The notes under the pieces: generated by a model
Databases searched by the model: none
What the model was told of the DNA's origin: nothing
The model's input: only the letters and a program-made list of their open reading frames with translations
Shown here: positions 29,172 through 38,708 of the stretch, one piece after another
Layout of the letters: each line of letters begins with the position of its first letter
Position numbering within the stretch: the stretch's first letter is position 1
Assembly (NCBI GenBank): GCA_034435835.1
Contig: DAOTWF010000017.1
Coordinates: 79,617-143,616, forward strand
Source: Dehalococcoidia bacterium
GTDB taxonomy: Bacteria; Chloroflexota; Dehalococcoidia; GIF9; UBA5629
DNA length: 64,000 nucleotides
Reading direction: 5' to 3'
Position numbers and translations under genes: made by a program

Positions 29172-30647
29172 TTAATCCTCCCGGTTCCGGTACTCGGCAT
29201 ATTCCACCAGCTTAGCGTAGACCGCCGCAGCCTGGTGCGGCAGTTCATAACATATTGAGTTCCGTTCGGCAAGGATACGGGTTATCTCCTCGGCACCGAG
29301 TCCGCCGAAGTCCGCCTGCCTCCAGGCAATGACCACCGGCTTGCCATACTGGTCGCTCAGCCCGTTTATTGCGTCCAGCATGGAGCCCAGTATAGAGCTT
29401 ACGAACTCCTTTGTTATCTGTCCGCCCTGAGCGATGTTGAAAAAGGCTGCAATCTGGTCGCGCCGGAGAGGCGGCATCAGACCAAGCGTGATGACGCCAT
29501 CAACCACCGGGCAACGGAGCAAGATTTCCAACACTTTCAGGTTGTTTTCCCTTGGCATCCCCCCGACGAAGTCCACCGGGTTGCCACGGTTCCACCATGC
29601 GGGCATAAAGACGTCCAGCTCTTTTATGGTCTCTGGAGGTAAGGTGACCACATCAAGCCCCAGCTTGGCACAGGCATCGGCGGTGAGCACACCCCAGCCA
29701 CCACCGCCGGTGATTATCGCCACTCTCCGTCCGCGGGGCAACGGCTGCCTCAAAAAGGCGATCCCCGTGTCCACCAGATCATCCAGGGTGGTCACCCTGA
29801 TGATGCCCGCCTGCTTGCACATCGCTTGTACGATGGCATCGGGCACTGCCAGAGAGGCAGTGTGTGAGTGGGCAGCCCTTGCTCCGGCTTGTGTTTCACC
29901 AGCTTTGATCAGGATGATCGGCTTCCGCTTGCTCACTTCCTTCGCCGTCTTGAAGAAACGGACACCGTCCTTAAAGCCCTCGATGTAGCACAGAATTACT
30001 CTGGTCTGGGGGTCTTGAGCGAAATATTCAAGATAGTCCTCGGCACGGATATCTGCCTGATTGCCTATGCTCACAGCCTTGGATAGACCATATCCCTGAC
30101 TATCTATGAGGCGGGCAACGGTGTTCATGATGTTGCCGCTCTGTGAAATGATGGCAAGGGGACCAGGGCGGGAGAACTCTGAGGGCATCTGCGGATGGAG
30201 CTTGTGTGAAGGGTTCATGATGCCGAGACAGTTGGGACCGACAAACCGGATGCCGGCACTGCGGGCTATATCCACTATCTCCCGCTGCAACTTTTCGCCC
30301 TCACCACCGATCTCAGCAAAGCCGGCGGTGATCACCACAGTAGCCTTTACTCCCTTGGCAGCGCAATCTCGCATCACTTCCGGCACCGCCGGAGGGGGCA
30401 CCACAATGATCACCAGGTCAGGCACCTCAGGTATGTCCACCACCCGTGAATAAGACTTCACCCCAAGCACCTCAGGGCTGCCGGGATTTACCGGGTACAC
30501 CCGTCCTTCGAAACCCCCTCTCAAAATGTTGGACATCACCCGGTAACCCCATTTGGACTGGTCGTTAGAGGCGCCGACTACTGCCACCGAAGACGGCTCG
30601 AACAGCAACTTCATGTATGACACTGACCCTTTTACTTCGGTGCACAT
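29172..30647 (-). CDS. CoA-binding, ADP-forming acyl-CoA synthetase alpha-subunit-like protein (paralog 2)
   Basis: LFEPSSVAVVGASND...VYPVNP, FVGPNCLGIM and AHSHTASLA. AAGGAG RBS 8 nt before the ATG at 30647. Confidence 0.8.
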   Translation of the reverse strand: MCTEVKGSVSYMKLLFEPSSVAVVGASNDQSKWGYRVMSNILRGGFEGRVYPVNPGSPEVLGVKSYSRVVDIPEVPDLVIIVVPPPAVPEVMRDCAAKGVKATVVITAGFAEIGGEGEKLQREIVDIARSAGIRFVGPNCLGIMNPSHKLHPQMPSEFSRPGPLAIISQSGNIMNTVARLIDSQGYGLSKAVSIGNQADIRAEDYLEYFAQDPQTRVILCYIEGFKDGVRFFKTAKEVSKRKPIILIKAGETQAGARAAHSHTASLAVPDAIVQAMCKQAGIIRVTTLDDLVDTGIAFLRQPLPRGRRVAIITGGGGWGVLTADACAKLGLDVVTLPPETIKELDVFMPAWWNRGNPVDFVGGMPRENNLKVLEILLRCPVVDGVITLGLMPPLRRDQIAAFFNIAQGGQITKEFVSSILGSMLDAINGLSDQYGKPVVIAWRQADFGGLGAEEITRILAERNSICYELPHQAAAVYAKLVEYAEYRNRED

Positions 30648-30815
30648 ATTATCGCTCCTTCAGAATTTTGGTTGACCGAGAAAAAAACACCACTATTTTA
30701 GCAGTCAGAGGGGCAACAGAACAAATAGCTTTAAACAGGCTGGTTCTGCGATGCGCACAATTGGCGGGACATCATCAGAACAACACTAAATGTGCCTGCA
30801 TAGCTTGCCACAAAA

Positions 30816-32288
30816 CTACTGTTCCTGCTGCAGGTATTCGCTATATTGAAGCAGCTTGGCAAATACAGCAGCCGACTGATGCGGCATCTCATAGCAGACC
30901 GTGTTCCGGTCAGCTATGGCGTGGGCTATTCTGCGGTTCACCTGCGAGCCGAAACCCAGTGGCTCTGAGGCGATCACCAGTGGCTTGCCGTAGCGGTCAC
31001 TCATCTCAACCAATCTATCGATGGTCCGAGCCGCCCCGGCGACCATGGCATCCCTTGTCGCGTCTTTGTCATCACCCTCAGAACGGCGCCCGAACTGTCC
31101 CGGGTTCATCACCGGCATCAGCCCCAGCATGATGACGCCGTCCACCACGGGGCACCGGAGTATCGTCTCCACTGCCCGAAAAAGGCTGTCTCCCGACGTA
31201 CCCGCCACCAGGTCAACCGGGTTGCCCCGGCTCCACCACGGCGGCATGAAGCTGTCCAGTTCCTTCATCGTCTCCTCAGGCAGGTTGACCACCTCCAGAC
31301 CCACTTCTGCGCAGGCGTCCGCCGCCAGCACGCCCCAGCCACCCCCGGCAGTAACCACACCCACCCTACGCCCTTTAGGGAGCGGCTGACGCAGGAAGGC
31401 AATCCCCACGTCCACAAGCTCGTCAAGGCTCTTCACCCTGATGACACCAGCCTGTTTGCACATAGCGTCGATCACCGCGCTGGAACCAGCCATGGAAGCG
31501 GTGTGGGACTGTGCCGCCCGGGCACCCGCCGGCGTATGCCCGGCTTTAAGCAGAATGATCGGCTTCCTCTTGCTTACCTCCTGCGCCACCCTGAAAAAGC
31601 GGATGCCGTCCTTGAACCCTTCAATATAGCAGAGGATGACCTTACTCAGAGGGTCCTGAGCAAAATATTCAAGGTAGTCCTCGGCAGTGAGGTCTGCCTG
31701 ATTGCCAATGCTCACGCACTTCGAGCAGCCGTAAGCCCTCTGTATCAGCACCCGGGCAATGGTACCTATGATGTTACCGCTCTGGGAGATGATACCGAAG
31801 GGACCCGGTGGTGGAAAGATCGGGGGCATCTGGGTGTAAAGTTTATGGTGGGGGTTCAGGATGCCAAAGCAGTTGGGACCCACAAACCTTATGCCACCAC
31901 TTCGAGCGATCTCCGTAATCTCTTGCTCCAGTCTGGCACCTTCACCACCGACCTCAGCAAAACCGGCGGTGATCACCACCACTGCCGGCACCTCTTTGGC
32001 GGCACAATCGCGCATCACCTGAGGAACGCTGGGCGGGGGCACCACGATAACCACCAAGTCGACTCTTTCAGGTATGTCCGTCACCCGAGGATAGGTCTTT
32101 ATGTTCAGCACCTCAGGGACACTGGTGTTCACCGCATAAATCCTGCCCTGGAAACCGCCGCTGATAATATTGGAGAAAATGCGAAAGCCCCATTTGGAGG
32201 GGTCGTTGGACGCGCCGACCACTGCCACCGAGGTCGGCTCAAACAACACCTTCAACCGCGCCATAAGTTCTCCGGACTGTATATCCAT
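30816..32288 (-). CDS. CoA-binding, ADP-forming acyl-CoA synthetase alpha-subunit-like protein (paralog 3)
   Basis: LFEPTSVAVVGASND...IYAVN, FVGPNCFGIL and AQSHTASMAGS. Collinear with paralog 2 along its full length. Confidence 0.8.
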   Translation of the reverse strand: MDIQSGELMARLKVLFEPTSVAVVGASNDPSKWGFRIFSNIISGGFQGRIYAVNTSVPEVLNIKTYPRVTDIPERVDLVVIVVPPPSVPQVMRDCAAKEVPAVVVITAGFAEVGGEGARLEQEITEIARSGGIRFVGPNCFGILNPHHKLYTQMPPIFPPPGPFGIISQSGNIIGTIARVLIQRAYGCSKCVSIGNQADLTAEDYLEYFAQDPLSKVILCYIEGFKDGIRFFRVAQEVSKRKPIILLKAGHTPAGARAAQSHTASMAGSSAVIDAMCKQAGVIRVKSLDELVDVGIAFLRQPLPKGRRVGVVTAGGGWGVLAADACAEVGLEVVNLPEETMKELDSFMPPWWSRGNPVDLVAGTSGDSLFRAVETILRCPVVDGVIMLGLMPVMNPGQFGRRSEGDDKDATRDAMVAGAARTIDRLVEMSDRYGKPLVIASEPLGFGSQVNRRIAHAIADRNTVCYEMPHQSAAVFAKLLQYSEYLQQEQ

Positions 32289-32379
32289 GTCTGTCTTCCG
32301 GTCTTACTGGTTCTGTGTGACCCAGTGTATAACCCGGAATGTCTTATTGTATCAGTCAGACGGAATATGCGGCAAATCT

Positions 32380-33390
32380 TCAAATGCCAGCTGGCTTAAG
32401 CAACGGCTGCCGGCTTGACAGAGCCGAATTCAGAAAGTTCAGCGTCCGGCGCAGGATGAGCGGGTAATAGAGCCAGATTGATATATGAGTGCCCGGCAGC
32501 CAGACTATAGGCGGTTGGCCACACTCGTTCCAGAAATCGAGCGTTGCCCCTTTGGGTACAGCCTCATCCCAGAGGGCATTTATCATCAGCACTGGCTTCT
32601 GGCGCAGAAACGGGCTATAGGTCAGCGGGTCAGTGAGGAAACATCGCTTCAACGGGCTGACGTTGTCCAGCCCCTTAGTAGCCACTTCAGCAATATACTG
32701 AGGATAGACCTCGCGCCGCACCTGGTAGCACTCCTCCTCGGTGCAGAGACAGCGCCTTTCAACTATCGGGCGACGGGTCTCCCAGGTCATCCTGGCTGAA
32801 TTGCCGCCGGATATGATGAACACTCCAGCCCCCACCCGTTCGTCAACCCCCATGGCTATCGCTGAAATAAACCCTCCCATGCTCACACCCACCAGCCCCA
32901 CCCTGCCACCGTCTATCTCCGGTCTGATAGCCGCCCAGTCCATAATCTGCCGTATCTCGATCACGGAGGCGCGGTAACCTTCATACCATTCTTCGGGCGT
33001 CAAATTGGGGGCGCGCTGTTTCATCACCTCCGGCATGCGGCTGGCATGAAAGACCAGATAGGGGATGAAACATGCTATACCCCTCTTTGCCAGGGAGGGT
33101 GCCATAAGCTGGCAGGGCACCGCGCCCCGCTCGCCCCAGCCATGCACCAGAATAATTAGTGGTGCCCGCTCCACCCCCAGTGGCTGAAAATACTCACCGT
33201 AAGCGACATCGCTCTCCTTATACCCCAGGGGATGGGCGCTGGGGAACTCCACAGCATACTGCACCCACCTGGAGTTCCTCCTTACGGGCTTCAGAGAGAA
33301 CTCGGGGTCTGCACACTCATACTTATAAGGGTTCATCCCTGTATCCTGCCCGAATGGCTGCGCCTCTTTGAGTGTCGGACACCGTTCCAT
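32380..33390 (-). CDS. alpha/beta hydrolase (dienelactone-hydrolase / prolyl-oligopeptidase-like)
   Basis: ILVHGWGERG, nucleophile elbow LVGVSMGG, and a C-terminal LPGTH segment likely to contain the catalytic His. Confidence 0.65.
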   Translation of the reverse strand: MERCPTLKEAQPFGQDTGMNPYKYECADPEFSLKPVRRNSRWVQYAVEFPSAHPLGYKESDVAYGEYFQPLGVERAPLIILVHGWGERGAVPCQLMAPSLAKRGIACFIPYLVFHASRMPEVMKQRAPNLTPEEWYEGYRASVIEIRQIMDWAAIRPEIDGGRVGLVGVSMGGFISAIAMGVDERVGAGVFIISGGNSARMTWETRRPIVERRCLCTEEECYQVRREVYPQYIAEVATKGLDNVSPLKRCFLTDPLTYSPFLRQKPVLMINALWDEAVPKGATLDFWNECGQPPIVWLPGTHISIWLYYPLILRRTLNFLNSALSSRQPLLKPAGI

Positions 33391-33470
33391 ATTTTACGGC
33401 GCTGCTCTCCACCCTTCAAGCCGTAACCCTTACGTAATGTTCCTATCTTGATACCCGGGCTGCAGCAAGC

Positions 33471-36197
33471 TCACCCTGCTTTTCTAGATACCGGCCGCCA
33501 TTTGCCTAGGCTGAAGAGACGGGGGAAGAAGGTCTTGCGCAGCTCTTCTACCGCGAACAGGCTGACGCCGGCAGAAACGGCAATCCCCCACTCTCTGACG
33601 CCTATGGGGACAGTACCGAAAGCGACCTGCATGAAGGGCAGGTAGACCACCCCCATCTGGAGCAACACCGCCACACTGACGGTGACCGGCAGCAAGCGGT
33701 TGCGGCGGATGCCAAGCTCAAAAACGGTGTGCTCATCAGAGCGGGCTAAAAACGCCTTAAACCACTCCATGACGGCAACGGCACAGAAGGTCACCGTGCG
33801 CGCCGCCTCCAGATCCATCCTCGCCTCCGCCCAGGAGAAGACAAAGAATATCCCCAGGCTCATCAATGTAGACAGGAAGGTGACACGCAGCAGAAGCCCA
33901 GGGAAGAGGAGCCCGACTTTGGGATGGCGCGGCGGTTGCTTGAGCTCGTCACCCGCCTTCCCTTCCAGGCCCAGCGGGATCGCAGAAGCACCGTCTGTCA
34001 CCATATTTATCCAGATTATCTGCAGCGCCAGCAAGGGCGCCTTGCCCACAAAGAGAACACAGATGATTAAGCCGAGCAGCTCACCGAAGTTGGAACTGAG
34101 CAGGTAGAAGACCACATTGCGGAGGCGGTTGAAGATGGTGCGCCCTTCCTCCACAGCCGCCACCACCGTGGCGAAGTTGTCGTCCGCCAGCACCATGTCG
34201 CTCGCCTCTTTGGAGACATCGGTACCGGTTATTCCCATAGCAATGCCTATATCCGCTGCCTTCAGCGCCGGGGCATCGTTGACGCCGTCCCCGGTCATGG
34301 CAACCACATGCCCACGGCTCTTCAGCGCCCTGACTATCCTGAGTTTTTGGACGGGCTCAATGCGGGCAAATACGGTGATGTTCTCTATCTCCCGGGCAAG
34401 CGTGTCATCGTCCATAGCCTGAAGTTCAGCACCGGTGACCGTCCTGCCTTGAGGTAACTCCAGCTGGCGAGCAATCGCTTCGGCGGTCAATTTGTAGTCG
34501 CCGGTTATCATTTTTACCTTGATCCCCGCCTGCTCACACAGCCTGATCGCCTCCTTGACCTCCTGGCGTGGCGGGTCAGCCATGCCTGAAAGCCCCACAA
34601 ACACCAGCATCCCCGATATGGTGCTCTCGGTAAGCTCCGCCATTTCCGAGGGGAGCCTGGTATAAGCGCTGCCGATAACCCTCAGTGCCTGCTGCGCCAT
34701 CGTCTCGTGTGCCTGTCTGATGGCTTCAACCTGTCCTTGCTCAAGAGGCACCTCTTCGCCTTTCTCAGTGAGGATAGCACCGCTCATGGAGAGCAGCTTC
34801 TCCGGTGCACCTTTGACGAAGGCTATCTTGCCCCCATCCCCCGGGTGGACGGTGACCATATATTGCTTCTCGCTCTGAAACGGTATTTCGTCCAGACGCG
34901 GCTGCCTTATCTCCAGCTCCTCCTTATCCAGCCCAGCCTTGGCAGCAGCCACCAGCAGTGCCCCCTCCGTGGGGTCACCCACCAGGCTGCAGCATTCGCC
35001 CTCACCGTTTCTGACCAGCAGGGCATCGTTGCACAGTACCCCAATCTTGAGATGCATGGCAAGCGCCGGAAAATCGCCCGGTGATACGGCGCTGCCGTTC
35101 TGCCTGAACTCGCCTTTAGGCACATAGCCCTCGCCGCTGACCTCAATCCACTTTCCAGCGCAGTAGATGCGCTGCACCGTCATCTGGCTCAGCGTCAGCG
35201 TGCCTGTCTTATCGGAACAGATCACCGTGGCTGAGCCTAGCGTCTCCACAGCTACCAGCCTGCGGACTATGGCATTGCGCCGCGCCATCGTTTGCATGCC
35301 CACCGCCAGAACCACGGTGACCACCGCCGGCAAGCCTTCAGGGATGGCAGACACCCCGGCGGCAACGGCGAGGAAGAACATCTCCATCCACCCGATCCCT
35401 TTGAGCATACCCTCGACGAACAGGATGACAAGGGCACCGAGAACCAGAATGATGATGAAGCGCCCCAGCCGGCTGATGCTCTGTTGCAGCGGCGTCTTCT
35501 CCGCCTCGATCTCCTCAAGTGTGCCGGCTATGGTGCCGATGGCGGTGGACATGCCAGTGCCGACCACCACAGCCGTAGCCCTGCCATAGGTCACCACCGT
35601 GTTCATGTATACCATATTCTTTCTGTCAGCCAGAGCCACCTCACCGTGAAGCGGCTGGCTATGTTTGTCCACTGGCATGGACTCACCGGTGAGGATCGCC
35701 TCGTCAACCTTGAGGTTGGACGAGTCTATCAGCCGGGCATCAGCAGGTACCTTATCGCCGATTTCGAGCAGTATGATATCACCGGGTACTATCTCCCGCG
35801 CCGGGACTTGCCTCACCACGCCGTCACGCCTTACCTTTGCCCTTGGCGCCGCCATGTGTAGTAGTGCCTCCATAGCCCTCTCAGCGCGCCCCTCCTGAAT
35901 GAACCCGATGGTGGCGTTGGCAAGGAGCACCCCGAATATTACCCAGGCGTCTATATAATGCTGGGTGATGAGGGAGATAATGGCAGCCGCCAGCAATATG
36001 TATATCAGCGGGCTCAAGAACTGTCTGAAGAAAAGCACCACCGGCAATGTTCTCTTGCGTCTGGCCAGCTCGTTGGCGCCATACTGCTTTAGCCTCTCCT
36101 TCCCCTCAACATCGGTGAGCCCGTGGCGCCGTGAGCCCAGCAGCCGGAGTGCTTCGTCAGCCGTCAGATTATGCCAGTTATTAGCTCTGGACTGCAT
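33471..36197 (-). CDS. cation-transporting P-type ATPase (type II, Ca2+/Mg2+-like)
   Basis: TGES (LTGESMPV), phosphorylation site ICSDKTGTLT, hinge MTGDGVNDAPALK, and about 10 TM segments. 908 aa. Confidence 0.9.
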   Translation of the reverse strand: MQSRANNWHNLTADEALRLLGSRRHGLTDVEGKERLKQYGANELARRKRTLPVVLFFRQFLSPLIYILLAAAIISLITQHYIDAWVIFGVLLANATIGFIQEGRAERAMEALLHMAAPRAKVRRDGVVRQVPAREIVPGDIILLEIGDKVPADARLIDSSNLKVDEAILTGESMPVDKHSQPLHGEVALADRKNMVYMNTVVTYGRATAVVVGTGMSTAIGTIAGTLEEIEAEKTPLQQSISRLGRFIIILVLGALVILFVEGMLKGIGWMEMFFLAVAAGVSAIPEGLPAVVTVVLAVGMQTMARRNAIVRRLVAVETLGSATVICSDKTGTLTLSQMTVQRIYCAGKWIEVSGEGYVPKGEFRQNGSAVSPGDFPALAMHLKIGVLCNDALLVRNGEGECCSLVGDPTEGALLVAAAKAGLDKEELEIRQPRLDEIPFQSEKQYMVTVHPGDGGKIAFVKGAPEKLLSMSGAILTEKGEEVPLEQGQVEAIRQAHETMAQQALRVIGSAYTRLPSEMAELTESTISGMLVFVGLSGMADPPRQEVKEAIRLCEQAGIKVKMITGDYKLTAEAIARQLELPQGRTVTGAELQAMDDDTLAREIENITVFARIEPVQKLRIVRALKSRGHVVAMTGDGVNDAPALKAADIGIAMGITGTDVSKEASDMVLADDNFATVVAAVEEGRTIFNRLRNVVFYLLSSNFGELLGLIICVLFVGKAPLLALQIIWINMVTDGASAIPLGLEGKAGDELKQPPRHPKVGLLFPGLLLRVTFLSTLMSLGIFFVFSWAEARMDLEAARTVTFCAVAVMEWFKAFLARSDEHTVFELGIRRNRLLPVTVSVAVLLQMGVVYLPFMQVAFGTVPIGVREWGIAVSAGVSLFAVEELRKTFFPRLFSLGKWRPVSRKAG

Positions 36198-36266
36198 AAT
36201 GTTATTCCCCCATTTGAATGATTTACAAACCTAGAAGGGGTATCCGGGGCTGCGCATATCTGCTGC

Positions 36267-37133
36267 TCAGTTTTTCGCCGCCGGAAGGGGCGGGCGGACA
36301 AGCAGCACGGGCTTCGTGGAGCCTTCGACCACCCTGGAGGCGACGCTGCCATATGCCCACTTGCTGACGCCGGAAAAACCGTGAGTGGTCAGGGCGATCA
36401 GGTCAACATCGCTTTCGCTGGCATACTGCAGTATGGTGTCAGCAGGCTTCCCCTGCAGGAGTCTGGTGGTTACCTTCAGCCTCTTCTCCTCCAGAAGTGC
36501 CTTCCGTCGGCTCAGATAGCGTTCAGCCTCCCTCTGCAGCTTATCTGTTAGGTCTTTTTCCACCTTCGTCCAGTCCTCATACACAGCTAGCTGGGGCACC
36601 TTCACTGGCTCAGCGACCTGAAGCAGCACGACCTCGCCAGCCATGGCTCTGGCAAACGCCTCCACGTGGGGAAGGATGGCTTCGGCGAACTGGGAACCGT
36701 CCAGCGTAGCCAGTATTCTTGCCAGCTTCACCGCTGCCTCAGCCCGTTCACTGGAGCGCACCAGAAAGACGGGTATGTGCGACCTCTGTACCACCTTAGT
36801 GGCGATGCTGCCTAGCGCCCAGCGGCTTAGCCCACCCTTGCCATGGGTGGAGATTGCGATGAGGTCAACTTTGCTTTCCGCAGCAAAGTTCAGTATGGAA
36901 TTAGCCGGTTCTCCCTCAATGCACAGAGCCCGCACCTTGACTTTCGAGACCTTGAAGGCTTCAGCCTTTTTCTCCAGATATTCCACCAGCACATGTTTCA
37001 GCGGGTCTCCCGGCGGGCAAACGGTGAGCAGGACAACTTTGCTGTCAAAGCCCCGGGCAATCTTCAACACATAGGGTAAAGCCTGTTCAGCCAGCTCCGA
37101 GCCATCTAGCGGGACAAGCAGCGTGTGATACAT
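36267..37133 (-). CDS. universal stress protein, tandem UspA domains
   Basis: Two repeats of the pattern LVPLDGS...A...DLI...THG..G...GSV...V. Start set to the ATG at 37133, preceded by GGAGGTG. Confidence 0.8.
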   Translation of the reverse strand: MYHTLLVPLDGSELAEQALPYVLKIARGFDSKVVLLTVCPPGDPLKHVLVEYLEKKAEAFKVSKVKVRALCIEGEPANSILNFAAESKVDLIAISTHGKGGLSRWALGSIATKVVQRSHIPVFLVRSSERAEAAVKLARILATLDGSQFAEAILPHVEAFARAMAGEVVLLQVAEPVKVPQLAVYEDWTKVEKDLTDKLQREAERYLSRRKALLEEKRLKVTTRLLQGKPADTILQYASESDVDLIALTTHGFSGVSKWAYGSVASRVVEGSTKPVLLVRPPLPAAKN

Positions 37134-37237
37134 CTCCACACCTCCTGCGTTTTCCAGCACCTTGCCTTCAGGGAACTGGTCTATCCACAGCTATATTAGC
37201 CGTTCCGTGAACTCCTGGCAAGTCCCCTGGGAAACCA

Positions 37238-38530
37238 TTAATGTCTTGCAGCCGCAAAGCCCGTCTTGCCCTGCTGGGCAGGGGGCTTGAGCAGCAGAAC
37301 CACGATGGCGGCCGTCATCATCGTGGCAGCGAAGGTGAGGAATGCGGTTATGTAGCTACCGGTGATATCAAACAGCCAGCCGGCAAAGTAGGGTCCGGCG
37401 AAGGAGCCGAACACTGCAAAGGCATTTATGTAGCCCATGATGGCACCGAAGGCTTTATAGCCGAAAAACTGCACCCGGAGCATCGGTTCCAGGGGCAGGC
37501 GCAGCCCCATGCCGGTGCCATATACGATGACGAATACCCAAATCCAAGCCATGTCGGTCGCCCTGGCGAGGAAGAAAAGTCCTAGGGCTTGCATCAGGCT
37601 GGAGACAAAGTATAGACGTCTGATATCCCACTTATCGGCAAGCCAGCCGCCGGAAATCCTCCCCGGGACGCTTATGAGGGTCATCATACCCAGCGCCGTG
37701 GCTGCCAGCACTTTGGAGATGCCCATATCTTCCACAAACGGTATCTGGTGCACCACGATGGCGCTGAGTGCAGTATGGGAGAAGGTGAAAGCCAGCACCA
37801 TCAGCCAGAAAGCCCGCGTCTTCATAGCCTCCTTCAGAGTCAGACCTTCACCAACATCAACATGCGGTCTCTTGCTATCGCTGTGGGATGGCGTTGCCAC
37901 GGCAGGCTGCCGCTCTTTGCCATCAGGGGCAAGCCCGTACCGCTCCGGTCCATGGGGCTTGAGCACAGCACCAAGCCCCAGTCCCAGTACGACGGTAGCC
38001 ACCGCCAGCACCAGCACCGACACCCGCCAGCCGTATTGAGTGATCAGCCAGGCAACAGCGGGCACGATCGCCGAGCCACCAAGCGCTGCCCCAGCCGTCA
38101 GGATCCCCATCGCCAGCCCTCTTTTCTCGTTAAACCACCTGGCAACAGCGGTCTGGAGTGGTAAGTACAGCCCTGTGCCCATGCCTAGGGAGACAAGTAC
38201 CGTGTAGCTTAAGATGAACATCCAGAAGCTGTGCATGTAGTACATAAGGGCAAACCCGATGGCTGCCATCATCCAGCCGGCGATGACCATGGCACGCGGA
38301 CCGTATCTATCGGTGAGGGGACCAGTTATTAGCCCCTGGACACCGCCCTCAAGGCGCGATAAAGAGAAGGCGATTGAAGTGGTCGCGCGCGACCAGCCGA
38401 ACTCGTGAGAGATAGGGTTGAAAAGGGCGCCATAAGAGTAAAAGTAGCCGCCGTAGCCGAACATGCACAGCACCGACCCGGCAGCAACGATCCACCAGCC
38501 ATAGAACACTTTGCCCGCTTTTCTGAGCAT
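37238..38530 (-). CDS. MFS transporter (oxalate/formate-antiporter-like)
   Basis: About 12 TM segments with a central hydrophilic loop. Start set to the ATG at 38530 (GGAG 11 nt upstream); the track begins at a GTG at 38545, inside the U-tract of the upstream hairpin. Confidence 0.75.
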   Translation of the reverse strand: MLRKAGKVFYGWWIVAAGSVLCMFGYGGYFYSYGALFNPISHEFGWSRATTSIAFSLSRLEGGVQGLITGPLTDRYGPRAMVIAGWMMAAIGFALMYYMHSFWMFILSYTVLVSLGMGTGLYLPLQTAVARWFNEKRGLAMGILTAGAALGGSAIVPAVAWLITQYGWRVSVLVLAVATVVLGLGLGAVLKPHGPERYGLAPDGKERQPAVATPSHSDSKRPHVDVGEGLTLKEAMKTRAFWLMVLAFTFSHTALSAIVVHQIPFVEDMGISKVLAATALGMMTLISVPGRISGGWLADKWDIRRLYFVSSLMQALGLFFLARATDMAWIWVFVIVYGTGMGLRLPLEPMLRVQFFGYKAFGAIMGYINAFAVFGSFAGPYFAGWLFDITGSYITAFLTFAATMMTAAIVVLLLKPPAQQGKTGFAAARH

Positions 38531-38540
38531 CCCCGGTCTC

Positions 38541-38575
38541 CGCACAAAAACAAAAAGGCGATTTCCTCGCCTCTC
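38541..38575 (-). terminator. intrinsic-terminator-like hairpin + U-tract immediately upstream of the MFS RBS (terminator of the sulfur operon and/or attenuator)
   Basis: The minus strand reads GAGAGGCGA-GGAAA-TCGCCTTTTTGTTTTTGTG, followed by CGGAGACCGGGGATG (RBS + start). Confidence 0.55.
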
Positions 38576-38708
38576 CTCTCCCTGCCAGAACAGTGCCGGT
38601 TTACCTTACCGGAACTTCAATACCCCACGTCCCACCCGCCGTACAGCAATGAAGCAGTTTAACACAAAAAACCGCGGGCTTTCAATTTTTGTAGGCTATC
38701 TGCGAAGG

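Larger units (their letters stand above)
29172..32288 (-). repeat. tandem gene duplication (two about 490-aa paralogs separated by a 168-nt spacer)
   Basis: The two proteins align end to end and, by eye, roughly two thirds of residues are identical. DNA similarity is visible in conserved blocks (e.g. around ...AGAATGATCGGCTTCC...). Confidence 0.75.

Noticed and set aside
31503-32399. 298-aa plus-strand ORF. The same consideration applies to 10227..10949, 29434..29988, 24276..24830 and 51075..51944.
   Set aside because: All are antisense to long genes with strong family motifs (acyl-CoA synthetase alpha, activase fusion, IF-2, PNPase). They have no motifs of their own and low-complexity, shadow-ORF composition.
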